A stretch of DNA of 64,000 nucleotides from Bacillota bacterium (GTDB lineage Bacteria; Bacillota; Clostridia; Peptostreptococcales; Anaerovoracaceae). Both the position numbers and the translations under genes were made by a program. The DNA lies in NCBI GenBank assembly GCA_017405645.1, contig JAFQZZ010000017.1, forward strand, positions 4,125 to 68,124, given 5' to 3'. The first letter of the stretch is position 1. The number at the start of each line of letters is the position of its first letter. The notes under the pieces were generated by a model. That model was given only the letters and a program-made list of their open reading frames with translations, was not told where the DNA came from and did not search any database. Positions 38,581 through 47,886 of this stretch are shown here, piece by piece.

Positions 38581-38693
38581 GGTTTCTCTCCTCGTCATTC
38601 ATTTTCTACTGCAGATTATATCATATCTGTTTTACAAATGGCATGAATTTTGATAGAATTAATAAAAGAAAACAAAACAGGGAGGAATGATCT

Positions 38694-39917
38694 ATGGCAT
38701 TGACAGGAAAAGCGCTGATCGCCCAGGGCGGCGGCCCCACCGCGGTAATCAACCAGACGCTGGTGGGCGTGATCCAGGAGGCGAGAAAGCATGCGTGTAT
38801 TACGAAGATCTACGGCGCCGTCAAAGGCGTGGAAGGCATCGTGAATGAAGATTTTCTGGACCTGACCCAGGAGACGACGCACAATCTGGAAGAAGTGGCC
38901 CTTTGCCCGTCTTCCGCACTGCGTTCTACCCGGGTAAAGCCGGATGAGGAATTCTGCAAGGAGATCTTCAAAGTCTGTTCTGTTCACGATATCCGTTACT
39001 TCTTCTACATCGGCGGGAACGATTCCGCGGACACCGTCCGGATCGTCAACGAGGAAGCGGCAAAGGCCAACTATGAAATGGTCTGCATCCACATCCCGAA
39101 AACCATCGACAACGACCTGAGACAGAACGACCACACCCCGGGATACGGTTCGGCGGCCCGGTTCGTGGTGCAGGCATTCAAGGGCATCAACCTGGATGTG
39201 AATTCCCTGCCGGGCATTTACATCGGCGTGGTGATGGGCCGGGATGCCGGCTTCCTGACGGCGGCTTCCGGGCTTGCCAGGGAATTCGAGGACGACGGTC
39301 CCCATCTCATCTACGTGCCGGAACGGCCCTTCAGCAGGGAGCAGTTCGTGGAAGACGTACGGGAAGTATACAATAAATACGGGAAATGCATTATCGCGGT
39401 ATCGGAAGGGATCCGGACCGAGTCCGGCGAGCTGTTCCTTGCTTCGCTGAAAAAGGACCTGGAAAAAGATCCCCACGGCAACGTGTCCCTCTCCGGTTCC
39501 TCCGCCTTGGGCGAGGCCCTGGTGACGGAACTGAAGAACGCCAACATCGCCAGCCGGGTCCGCTGCGACACCTTCGGCTATCTGCAGCGCTCTTTCTTTG
39601 AATGCGTTTCCGACGTGGACAGAAACGAAGCCAGGGAAGTGGGCGAGCGGGCCGTGCAGTTTGCGGTCTGGACCGAAAAGGACGGTTCCGTGTCCATCAA
39701 GCGGACCGGGAACTATTCCGTGGATTTCGTCCTCAGTGAACTGAAAGACGTGGCGCGGGTCTCCAGAAGCATGCCGGAGAACTTTATCAACGAAGCCGGC
39801 AACGACATCACCGACGACTTCCGGCTGTACTGCAGACCGCTGCTGGGTTCCGGCGTCCGGAGCACGGCACGGCTGAGAGCGCCGAAAGTGCCTAAACTCC
39901 TGCGCAACAATGAATAA
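38694..39917 (+). CDS. 6-phosphofructokinase family protein (long ~400-aa clade; ATP or PPi dependence not decidable)
   Basis: GGGPTAVINQ nucleotide loop, IGGNDS, and PKTIDNDL catalytic motif. Confidence 0.85.
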   Translation: MALTGKALIAQGGGPTAVINQTLVGVIQEARKHACITKIYGAVKGVEGIVNEDFLDLTQETTHNLEEVALCPSSALRSTRVKPDEEFCKEIFKVCSVHDIRYFFYIGGNDSADTVRIVNEEAAKANYEMVCIHIPKTIDNDLRQNDHTPGYGSAARFVVQAFKGINLDVNSLPGIYIGVVMGRDAGFLTAASGLAREFEDDGPHLIYVPERPFSREQFVEDVREVYNKYGKCIIAVSEGIRTESGELFLASLKKDLEKDPHGNVSLSGSSALGEALVTELKNANIASRVRCDTFGYLQRSFFECVSDVDRNEAREVGERAVQFAVWTEKDGSVSIKRTGNYSVDFVLSELKDVARVSRSMPENFINEAGNDITDDFRLYCRPLLGSGVRSTARLRAPKVPKLLRNNE

Positions 39918-39931
39918 AGGAGAGTGAAAAC

Positions 39932-40669
39932 ATGGATATGGAAAAGATCAACCAGTTGAAAGAGATCATCGATGGAAGCCAGAAGATCGTCTTCTTCGGC
40001 GGGGCGGGCGTTTCCACCGAAAGCGGCATTCCAGATTTCCGGTCTGAAAAGGGGCTGTACAAAGCCAAGACCGAATACGGACGTTCGCCGGAAGAAATGA
40101 TCAGCAGATCCTTCTTCGACATCCATCCGGACATCTTTTTCGATTATTACAAAAAGAACCTGGTCTACCTGGATGCGGAGCCCAACAAGGCCCATAAGGC
40201 TTTAGCGAAGCTGGAAGAGCAGGGGAAACTGCTGGCGGTGGTGACCCAGAACATCGACGGGCTGCACCAGAAGGCCGGCAGCAAGAGGGTTTATGAACTC
40301 CACGGCTCGGTGTTGCGGAATTACTGCATGCGCTGCCATGAATCCTACACGGCGGAAGAGATCGTGGCCATGGAGGGCGTGCCCAAATGCGAATGCGGCG
40401 GCACCATCAAGCCGGACGTGGTATTGTATGAGGAAATGCTGGACGACCAGGTCATTTCCGGTGCGATCCACGCCATCCAGAAGGCGGACACCCTCATCGT
40501 AGGGGGCACCTCCCTGGTGGTTTACCCGGCGGCGGGGATGATTCACTACTTCCGGGGCAAAAACCTGGTGGTGATCAATATGAGTTCCACCCAGGCGGAC
40601 CGTCAGGCGAACCTGGTGATCAACGATTCCATCGGCGAAGTCCTTGGCGCAGCCGTGGGCATCGAATAA
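39932..40669 (+). CDS. cobB: NAD-dependent protein deacylase (sirtuin, CobB-type)
   Basis: GAGVSTESGIPDFRS, QNIDGLH, zinc ribbon CMRC..x(n)..CECGG, and GTSLVVYPAA. Confidence 0.9.
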   Translation: MDMEKINQLKEIIDGSQKIVFFGGAGVSTESGIPDFRSEKGLYKAKTEYGRSPEEMISRSFFDIHPDIFFDYYKKNLVYLDAEPNKAHKALAKLEEQGKLLAVVTQNIDGLHQKAGSKRVYELHGSVLRNYCMRCHESYTAEEIVAMEGVPKCECGGTIKPDVVLYEEMLDDQVISGAIHAIQKADTLIVGGTSLVVYPAAGMIHYFRGKNLVVINMSSTQADRQANLVINDSIGEVLGAAVGIE

Positions 40670-40735
40670 GACATCAACGGTGAGAAAGGGACTGCATCCG
40701 GCAGTCCCTTTGCTTTACAAAATCGGGAGAACACT

Positions 40736-41878
40736 ATGAAACTGATGCATTTGGGAGACCTTCACCTGGGAAAGTCTCTGAACGAATTCAGTCTGATCGA
40801 AGATCAGCGATACATACTGGATCAGCTGCTCGCCATTGCGGAAGAAGAGGCGGTGGACGGGGTGATGATCTGCGGGGATGTGTACGACCGGGCGGTGCCG
40901 GGGGAGGCGGCCGTCCAGCTTCTGGACGCTTTTTTGACCCGGCTGAAGGAAGCCGGGAAGGCGGTGTACATGATCAGCGGGAACCATGACTCCGATGAAC
41001 GGCTGAATTTCGGCAGCCGGATCTTTGAAAACAGCGGCATCCACATTGCCGGACGATATGACGGGGAACTGGGGCACGCGGAGGCATCGGATGGGTACGG
41101 ACCGGTCCATATCTGGATGCTGCCCTACGTGAAGGCATCCCGGGTCCGGCATTTCTTCCCGGAGGAGAACATCGAAAACTACGATGACGCGGTCCGGGCG
41201 GTGATCCGCCATGCGGACATGGATCCCGCCGGACGGAACGTGATCCTGGCGCATCAGTTCGTCGTCGGGAAGACCGAGCCGGAACTGGCGGGGTCGGAGA
41301 GCGCTGTCAGCAGCGTGGGAACGGTGGACCGGATCGGCTGGGAATGCTTCGCGGATTTCGACTACGCCGCGCTGGGGCACATCCACAAAAACCAGGCGGC
41401 GGGACGGGAGACCGTCCGCTATGCCGGCTCACCGCTGAAATATTCGCTGGAAGAAAGGGAACTGGAGACGGACAAGACCGTGACCTTGGTGGAGCTGAAG
41501 GAGAAGGGGACGGTGGAGATCCGGCAGATCCCCCTGAAGCCCCTGCGGGAGATCCGGCACCTGAAGGGCAACCTGGAGAATCTGATCCGCCATGCGGAGG
41601 ATACCCAGGACTACATCTACGCCACCCTGACGGACGAGCAGGCCCAATATGATGCCATGGCCCGGCTGCAGGAGTTCTATCCCAACACGATGAAACTGGA
41701 CTATGACAACGAATCGGTCCGGGCGGCCATGGACGGACTGCCGGCAGACGGAACAGAAGAGAAGAGTTTTCCGGAACTGATCCGGGACTTTTATCAGTAT
41801 ATTATGGGCACGGAGCCCACGGAGGAAGAAATGCGGATCCTGGAGGATGCCGCACGGGAAGCGGAGGTGACGTCATGA
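40736..41878 (+). CDS. sbcD: exonuclease SbcCD, nuclease subunit D
   Basis: Calcineurin-like phosphoesterase motifs LGDLHLG, GDVYD, GNHD, GHIH. ATGA overlap with sbcC. Confidence 0.9.
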   Translation: MKLMHLGDLHLGKSLNEFSLIEDQRYILDQLLAIAEEEAVDGVMICGDVYDRAVPGEAAVQLLDAFLTRLKEAGKAVYMISGNHDSDERLNFGSRIFENSGIHIAGRYDGELGHAEASDGYGPVHIWMLPYVKASRVRHFFPEENIENYDDAVRAVIRHADMDPAGRNVILAHQFVVGKTEPELAGSESAVSSVGTVDRIGWECFADFDYAALGHIHKNQAAGRETVRYAGSPLKYSLEERELETDKTVTLVELKEKGTVEIRQIPLKPLREIRHLKGNLENLIRHAEDTQDYIYATLTDEQAQYDAMARLQEFYPNTMKLDYDNESVRAAMDGLPADGTEEKSFPELIRDFYQYIMGTEPTEEEMRILEDAAREAEVTS

Positions 41879-44800
41879 AACCGATTCGTTTGGTGATGAG
41901 CGCCTTCGGCCCCTATGCGGGCGTGACGGAAGTGGATTTCACGCAGTTCGATTCCGGCGGGCTGTTTCTGATCACCGGGGACACCGGCTCCGGCAAGACC
42001 ACCATCTTCGACGCGATTTCTTTTGCGCTGTTCAATAAAACCAGCGGATCCCTTCGGGACGCGGGGAGCATGCGGAGCGACTTTGCATCTCCGGAAGACG
42101 ATACCTACGTGGAACTGACCTTTGAGCACGGAGGCCGTACCTATACCGTGCGGCGGTTCCCGGCCTATGCGTCGGCCAAGAAGCGCGGTCAGGGGATCAC
42201 GATGCGGCCGGCAAAGGCGGTGCTGATCCGGGAGCCGGAGACACCGGTGGAAGGCGTGGATGCGGTCACCCGGGAGGTGGAGGAGATCCTGAGGATCCAG
42301 TACGACCAGTTCCGGCAGATCGCCATGATCGCCCAGGGTGAATTCCGGCAGGTACTGAACGCGGACCCGAAAAAGCGTGGGGAGATCCTGCAGAAGATCT
42401 TCTGCACGGAAAAATACGAGGCCATGGGCCGGATCCTCCGGGAAAAGGCCGGAGTTGCGGAGAGACAGATCGGAGAATTCCTCCGCAGTATGGATCAGTA
42501 TATGGAAAGTGTGGACTGCAGCCCGGAAAGCCCCCTGTCGGAGGAATTGGCGGCGGAGAAGCGGACAAGTCTTGCGGGGGAGACCCGCTATGACGCAGGG
42601 GACCGGATCGGCCTCGTCGAACGAATCATCGAAGAGGAGAGCAGACGGATCCCGGAACTGGAAAGAATCTATCAGGACAGGAACCGCACCTATGAGGAAC
42701 GTTCGGCGGAACTGACCATGGCGGAAGCTCTGGAGGAACGTTTTGAACGGAACGACCAGTTAAGAGAAGAAGAAGAACTGCTGTGGCTGGACGAACCCCG
42801 GATCCGGGAACTGTCCGGTAAGATCGAATGCTGGAAAAAGGCCGTATACGAGGTGGCGCCTTCCTGGAATGCCTTTGAAGACGCTGCAGAGCGTCTGAAC
42901 ACTACGGAATCGGACCGGCAAAAAGCCGGACAAACCCATCAGGATGCGGAAAAAGACAAAAGGGAAGCGGAGGATGCTCTCCTGGAAGCGGAGAAGCATC
43001 AGCCGGAAGCCGAAGAGAAGAAGATCCATGCCGCGCGGACCCGGGAGGACCGGGAGAAATATCAGAAACTGGATGAGCTGGCCGAAAGGGAAAAGCATCT
43101 GGCAAAAGAAGCGAATACGCTGACAGCAGATGAAAAGAAGCTTCGGGAATCCCTGGATGCGCTGCGGAAAGATCTGGAGGAAAAGGAAAACCTGCTGACG
43201 GAAACGGCGGATGCGCCGGAACAGGCCCTTCGGGCGGAACAGTCGGCAAACGAACTGGATCAGCGCCTGAATGCAGTGGATCGTCTGCGGAAGGAACTGC
43301 TGAAGGATCTGTTGGAGAAACGCAGCGCCGCTCTTCAGGCCACGGGGGAATTCCAGAGGGCCCGGGATGATTATGACCGGGAACGGGAAGCCTTCGCGCA
43401 TGCGGAGCGGATGCTGGAACTGTCCCGGGCGGGGATCCTGGCCGGGAAACTGGTACCGGGAGCACCCTGTCCCGTCTGCGGCTCTGTAGACCATCCCGCT
43501 CCGGCAAAGATCCCGGAGGACGGAATCACGGAAGAAGGGGCGTCGGAACGGAAAACCGCCCTGGAAACGGCGGAACAGAAAAAGAATGAGGCGTATGATA
43601 CAGCCGTACAGGCCCGGGGCAGCCTGGAAGCGGCGGAACAGACATTCCGGAACGAAACGGAACGGGTCCTGGGTCGTCTGCCTGCGCCGGAAGAAACGGC
43701 AGGATCCATCGACCGGACCCTGCAGACGCTGTGGGAAAGCGTGCGGAAGGATCTGCTGAAGGCGAAAGAGGAGAAAAAGGCCCTGGATACGGTCCTTGAT
43801 CAGCGCAAAGAGGCGGAAAAGAGTCTGAAAAAAGACCGTGAAGGCATCCTCGCAACCGACAGGAATCTTCAGACCATACAGGAAAAGCTGAATCTGAAGA
43901 ATCAGGAACTGGCCGGCTGCCGGGGAGAGATCGCTTCCCTGGCGGGGCTGGAGTACGGAAATTGGACCGCGGCGGAAACTGCCGCTAAGACGATGGAAGA
44001 AGAGGCGGAAGAGCTGATTTCGGCCATCGAAACGGCCAGGAAAGCCTCCGCTGCAGCGGCGGAAGCCCTGTCGGCTGCCGCCAGCCGCCTGACGGACACG
44101 GAAAAGCAGAAGGAGAGGGCCCGGGCGGAAACGGAAGCGGCGGAAAAGGAATTCCGGCGGAACCTGAAGGCCGAAGGCTTTGAAAGCGAAGAAGCCTTCC
44201 GGGAAGCCCTGGTCAGCAGGGATCAAATCCGGGAAGCGGAGGATGACGTCAGGGATCACCGCAACCGGGAGACCGTCAACCGGGAAGCCCTGAAACAGAG
44301 CGATGAGGAAGTGAAGGACAAGGCCCGTCCGGACAAAGAGAGCCTGGAGACCGCTGTGGAGGATGCCCGGAGCGAAAAGGACCGGGTCCATGAGATCCTG
44401 GGCGCCGCGGAAAACCGGCAGACCCGGAATCGGGAGATCCTGACGAAAATGAAGCGCCGGCAGGCGGAAACGGCGGAACTCCTGGAGAAGGTCGCCGTGC
44501 TGAAAAACCTGGCGGATCTGGTCCAGGGGAAAGTCATCGGGCGGAACCGGACGTCCCTGGAGACCTATGTGCAGATGGCAGGATTCGATGCGATCCTGGC
44601 GGCGGCCAACCAGCGGCTCCTGCCCATGAGCGGCGGACAATACCGGCTGTACCGGCATGAAGACCCCCAGGCCAAGGGCAATATCGCCCTGACCCTGGAC
44701 ATCCTGGACCATTACACCGGGAAGAAACGGCCTGTCAGCACCCTGTCCGGCGGGGAAAGCTTCATGGCTTCCCTAAGCCTGGCACTGGGCCTGTCCGACC

Positions 44801-45039
44801 GGATCACCGCCTCCGCCGGCGGCGTGAAGGTGGATGCCCTGTTCGTGGACGAAGGCTTCGGGACTCTGGATGAAAAATCCCTGAACGATGCCATCTCCAT
44901 GATCCAGGAACTGACCTCCGGCAGCCGGCTGGTGGGAATCATCAGTCACCGGCAGGAACTGAAGGAGGAGATCCCGGGAAAAATCATTGTGGAGAAGAGC
45001 CGGAACGGGAGCAGTATTTCCATTGAAACGGGTTTTTAA
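41875..45039 (+). CDS. sbcC: exonuclease SbcCD, ATPase subunit C
   Basis: Walker A GDTGSGKTT. Long coiled coil with a central zinc hook CPVCGS. C-terminal signature LSGGESF and Walker B LFVDEGFGTLD. Confidence 0.9.
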   Translation: MKPIRLVMSAFGPYAGVTEVDFTQFDSGGLFLITGDTGSGKTTIFDAISFALFNKTSGSLRDAGSMRSDFASPEDDTYVELTFEHGGRTYTVRRFPAYASAKKRGQGITMRPAKAVLIREPETPVEGVDAVTREVEEILRIQYDQFRQIAMIAQGEFRQVLNADPKKRGEILQKIFCTEKYEAMGRILREKAGVAERQIGEFLRSMDQYMESVDCSPESPLSEELAAEKRTSLAGETRYDAGDRIGLVERIIEEESRRIPELERIYQDRNRTYEERSAELTMAEALEERFERNDQLREEEELLWLDEPRIRELSGKIECWKKAVYEVAPSWNAFEDAAERLNTTESDRQKAGQTHQDAEKDKREAEDALLEAEKHQPEAEEKKIHAARTREDREKYQKLDELAEREKHLAKEANTLTADEKKLRESLDALRKDLEEKENLLTETADAPEQALRAEQSANELDQRLNAVDRLRKELLKDLLEKRSAALQATGEFQRARDDYDREREAFAHAERMLELSRAGILAGKLVPGAPCPVCGSVDHPAPAKIPEDGITEEGASERKTALETAEQKKNEAYDTAVQARGSLEAAEQTFRNETERVLGRLPAPEETAGSIDRTLQTLWESVRKDLLKAKEEKKALDTVLDQRKEAEKSLKKDREGILATDRNLQTIQEKLNLKNQELAGCRGEIASLAGLEYGNWTAAETAAKTMEEEAEELISAIETARKASAAAAEALSAAASRLTDTEKQKERARAETEAAEKEFRRNLKAEGFESEEAFREALVSRDQIREAEDDVRDHRNRETVNREALKQSDEEVKDKARPDKESLETAVEDARSEKDRVHEILGAAENRQTRNREILTKMKRRQAETAELLEKVAVLKNLADLVQGKVIGRNRTSLETYVQMAGFDAILAAANQRLLPMSGGQYRLYRHEDPQAKGNIALTLDILDHYTGKKRPVSTLSGGESFMASLSLALGLSDRITASAGGVKVDALFVDEGFGTLDEKSLNDAISMIQELTSGSRLVGIISHRQELKEEIPGKIIVEKSRNGSSISIETGF

Positions 45040-45081
45040 TGCTATACGAGCGAAAAAGATTCTGAAAAATCGGGAAACGGA

Positions 45082-45110
45082 TTGCATTTCTCCATTCGGA
45101 AGAGTATAAT
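45082..45110 (+). promoter_or_regulatory. sigma-A-type promoter candidate for ilvE
   Basis: TTGCAT, 17 nt spacer, TATAAT, about 36 nt upstream of the start. Confidence 0.5.
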
Positions 45111-45145
45111 TGTTAAAAATGTATTTAAGAGAGAAGGGAAAACCT

Positions 45146-46171
45146 ATGGAGAAAAAGAATCTGGATTGGGGAAGCCTGGGATTTGATTATACCCGGACAG
45201 ACTATCGGTTTGAAGCGCACTACAAAGACGGAAGATGGGATGAAGGCAAGTTGCTGCAGGACGAGAATATCGTCATCAACGAATGCGCCTGTGTTTTCCA
45301 GTATGCGCAGACCGTATTTGAAGGATTAAAAGCTTATACCACGGAAGACGGACGGATCGTCTGCTTCCGGCCGAATCTGAATGCGGAAAGAATGGCGGAA
45401 TCCGCCAGAACGCTGGTTATGCCGCCGTTCCCGGAAGACCAGTTCGTGGACGCGGTCCTGCAGGTGGTCAAGGCGAATGCCGCCTGGGTACCGCCTTACG
45501 GCAGCGGCGCTACCCTGTATGTCCGCCCCTTTATGATCGGTTATGACCCGATCATCGGCGTCACACCGGCCAACGAGTTTAAATTCCGTATTTTCTGTAC
45601 ACCGGTAGGCCCATACTTTAAGGGCGGAGCGAAGCCGGTTACCATTTGTGTCAGTGACCTGAACCGGGCGGCTCCGGCAGGCACCGGTCACATCAAGGCC
45701 GGACTGAACTACGCCATGAGCCTGCGGGCCCATGAAGTGGCCCATGCCAACGGTTTTGATGAGAATATGTTCCTGGATCCGGCAACGGGCACCAAGGTGG
45801 AGGAGACCGGCGGGGCGAACTTCCTGTTCGTGACCCACGACAACAAGATCGTGACGCCGAAATCCAACAGCATCCTGCCGTCCATCACCCGGCGTTCCCT
45901 GGTGTATGTGGCGCAGAAGTATCTGGGAATGGAAGTCATTGAAAGAGAAGTCTATGTGACCGAATTGGAAGACTTTGCGGAATGCGGCCTCTGCGGAACC
46001 GCAGCCGTCATCTGCCCTGTAGGCAAGGTGGTGGACCATGGAAGAGAGATCTGTTTCCCCAGCGGAATGGAAGGAATGGGTCCGGTAACAAAGAAGCTGT
46101 ATGATACGCTGACAGGGATCCAGATGGGGCGGATCGAACCGCCGGAAGGCTGGATCTACGAGATCAAATAA
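45146..46171 (+). CDS. ilvE: branched-chain amino acid aminotransferase
   Basis: Class IV aminotransferase features: FEGLKAY, YVRPF, PLP-lysine region GHIKAGLNY, and C-terminal GTAAVICPVG. Confidence 0.9.
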   Translation: MEKKNLDWGSLGFDYTRTDYRFEAHYKDGRWDEGKLLQDENIVINECACVFQYAQTVFEGLKAYTTEDGRIVCFRPNLNAERMAESARTLVMPPFPEDQFVDAVLQVVKANAAWVPPYGSGATLYVRPFMIGYDPIIGVTPANEFKFRIFCTPVGPYFKGGAKPVTICVSDLNRAAPAGTGHIKAGLNYAMSLRAHEVAHANGFDENMFLDPATGTKVEETGGANFLFVTHDNKIVTPKSNSILPSITRRSLVYVAQKYLGMEVIEREVYVTELEDFAECGLCGTAAVICPVGKVVDHGREICFPSGMEGMGPVTKKLYDTLTGIQMGRIEPPEGWIYEIK

Positions 46172-46263
46172 TCAATCAGAAGATCAGTTGTTTAAATTTT
46201 TGTTTACTCCAATCGAATCCGGGCGGGGCGATGAATCATCATCGCCTCGTTCGGATTTTCAGG

Positions 46264-47151
46264 CTATTTTTCCAGATAATTCGTTAATTCGCCGATTTGG
46301 CTGATCACGCATTTGATTTCATTTCCCGGCTGCAGATACCGGGGCGGGTCGAAGCCCATGCCCACGCCCTTCGGCGTGCCGGTCATGATCATGTCGCCGG
46401 GGAACAGTTCGTACCCCTGGGAGAGTTCGTGGATGATGGCCGCCACGCTTCGGATCATGTCCCGGGTATTCCCGTCCTGCCGCAACTCGCCCTCCACATA
46501 GGACTGCACGGTCAGATCCTGGGGGTCGGGGATCTCGTCAGCGGTGACGATCCAGGGGCCCACGGGGCAGTGGGTGGTGAGGCTTTTCCCCTTGAACCAG
46601 TTCACATGGCGGTTCTGGACGTCCCGGGCGGAGATGTCATTGCCGATGGTGTAGCCGAAGACGTATTCCAGGGCCTCCTCCTCGGGAATGTACAGGCCCT
46701 GCCGGCCCATGACAACGGTCAGTTCCGCTTCATAGTCGATGTATTTCGTCACGGTCTCGTGGCGGAGGATGGTGCCGCCGGGCTCCAGGCAAGGATAGGC
46801 GGCCTTGGTGAAGTAGATGGGCCATTCCGGCGCCGTGTCTTTCGGCCCGCCGGTGATGCCGCCGATTTCCTTCACGTGGGCCAGGTAGTTTTTGCCCAGG
46901 CAGACAATGTTGCGCCTGGGATAGGGGATCGGGGAGAGGAGTTTCACCTCCGGGGCCTTCAGGGACAGAAGGTCTTCCCGGCGCCGCACCGCGGCTTCCC
47001 GTTCGCATTCTTCCTGCAGAACATCGTAATGGTCGATCAGGTACTGCATGTCTCTGCCTTCCGCGGCGATCAGCGGGAGCACTGCGTGCTCTTCCGGAAA
47101 GACGGCGCAGACCATTTCCGCGCCTTTGTATTCGATGGTGGCGTATTTCAT
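46264..47151 (-). CDS. fumarylacetoacetate hydrolase (FAH) family protein
   Basis: Start set to the ATG at 47151, with GAGGT upstream. Carries the C-terminal FAH-fold pattern. Confidence 0.8.
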   Translation of the reverse strand: MKYATIEYKGAEMVCAVFPEEHAVLPLIAAEGRDMQYLIDHYDVLQEECEREAAVRRREDLLSLKAPEVKLLSPIPYPRRNIVCLGKNYLAHVKEIGGITGGPKDTAPEWPIYFTKAAYPCLEPGGTILRHETVTKYIDYEAELTVVMGRQGLYIPEEEALEYVFGYTIGNDISARDVQNRHVNWFKGKSLTTHCPVGPWIVTADEIPDPQDLTVQSYVEGELRQDGNTRDMIRSVAAIIHELSQGYELFPGDMIMTGTPKGVGMGFDPPRYLQPGNEIKCVISQIGELTNYLEK

Positions 47152-47207
47152 ACTGATTACCTCGTGTTCTGGATGAGTAAGTATACTTTTTTGAGCACCG
47201 CCCAAAT

Positions 47208-47341
47208 GGCCTGTTATTTGCCGCAGGGGCAGTAAGGAACGCCGGTCCACTGCGATTGGCGAGCCGCAGGCGAAGACAGAGCAGATGTACCGCTGCGTGA
47301 CGCTGGTGAGCGAGAGCGTCCCCGAGGTAAATAAACAGGCC
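47208..47341. repeat. GC-rich ~134-bp element bounded by imperfect 22-bp inverted repeats (element X)
   Basis: Arms are GGCCTGTTATTTGCCGCAGGGG (47208-47229) and CCCCGAGGTAAATAAACAGGCC (47320-47341). The interior shares strings with the tRNA-Trp 3' end and with 60285-60447. Confidence 0.5.
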
Positions 47342-47411
47342 GTTAAAGCGGTGCCATATAGTTCGTTGCTATTGCATTATATCATAACAAAAACTGAAAG
47401 GGGACCATTCT

Positions 47412-47846
47412 GTGACAATACTCACCAATATACTGATTATTACGATTTTGGCGGCGCTGGCGGTGATCGATGTGCAAAAGCGGATCGTTCCAAATTTGGG
47501 CACTGTCCTGATCGCCGCACTGGGTCTTTGGCGGGTTCTGGCCGGGATCGTCAGCCCGGGCTCCGCCGCCGGCGGGGCGGCACTCCTGGGGGTCACCATG
47601 CTGATGCTGGCGGCCTTTACAGGCGGCGTTGGCGGGGGAGACGTAAAGCTGCTGGCCGCCCTGGGATGGGCCGTCGGGGCGCTGCAGGGAGCGAAACTGT
47701 TATTTCTCTCTTTTTTTCTCTCGGGTATCTTCTCGACAGGGCTGAAGATCGTGCCGGTTTTCGTTGAAAACTCAAGGCTTTCCGGGATTCGGGAGATTCC
47801 GTTCGTTCCCTTCATCGCTCTGGCCGCCGCCTTGATTTTTTTCTGA
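47412..47846 (+). CDS. A24-family prepilin peptidase-like membrane protein (short, CpaA-like)
   Basis: GTG start after AAAGGGG. Two catalytic-Asp contexts, [12 protein letters not shown] and [12 protein letters not shown]. About 5 TM segments. No pilin genes nearby. Confidence 0.7.
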   Translation: MTILTNILIITILAALAVIDVQKRIVPNLGTVLIAALGLWRVLAGIVSPGSAAGGAALLGVTMLMLAAFTGGVGGGDVKLLAALGWAVGALQGAKLLFLSFFLSGIFSTGLKIVPVFVENSRLSGIREIPFVPFIALAAALIFF

Positions 47847-47886
47847 AATCCGATATAATCAATATAAAAAACGAAAGGATGATAGT

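Noticed and set aside
39932-45039. Sir2-domain protein followed by an SMC-like ATPase and a nuclease, as a possible SIR2-based or Lamassu-like defence system.
   Set aside because: The sirtuin has the complete CobB-type catalytic and zinc-ribbon motifs and normal size. The two downstream genes are canonical SbcD (Mre11 phosphoesterase motifs) and SbcC (Rad50 zinc hook CPVCGS, signature motif), separated from cobB by a terminator. All three read as housekeeping genes.
47208-47341. Element X as a tRNA or tRNA pseudogene, because of the GCAGGGGCAG-AAGGA similarity to the tRNA-Trp 3' end.
   Set aside because: I could not fold D, anticodon or T arms, and only ~16 nt resemble the tRNA. It is retained as an unclassified repeat rather than an RNA gene call.
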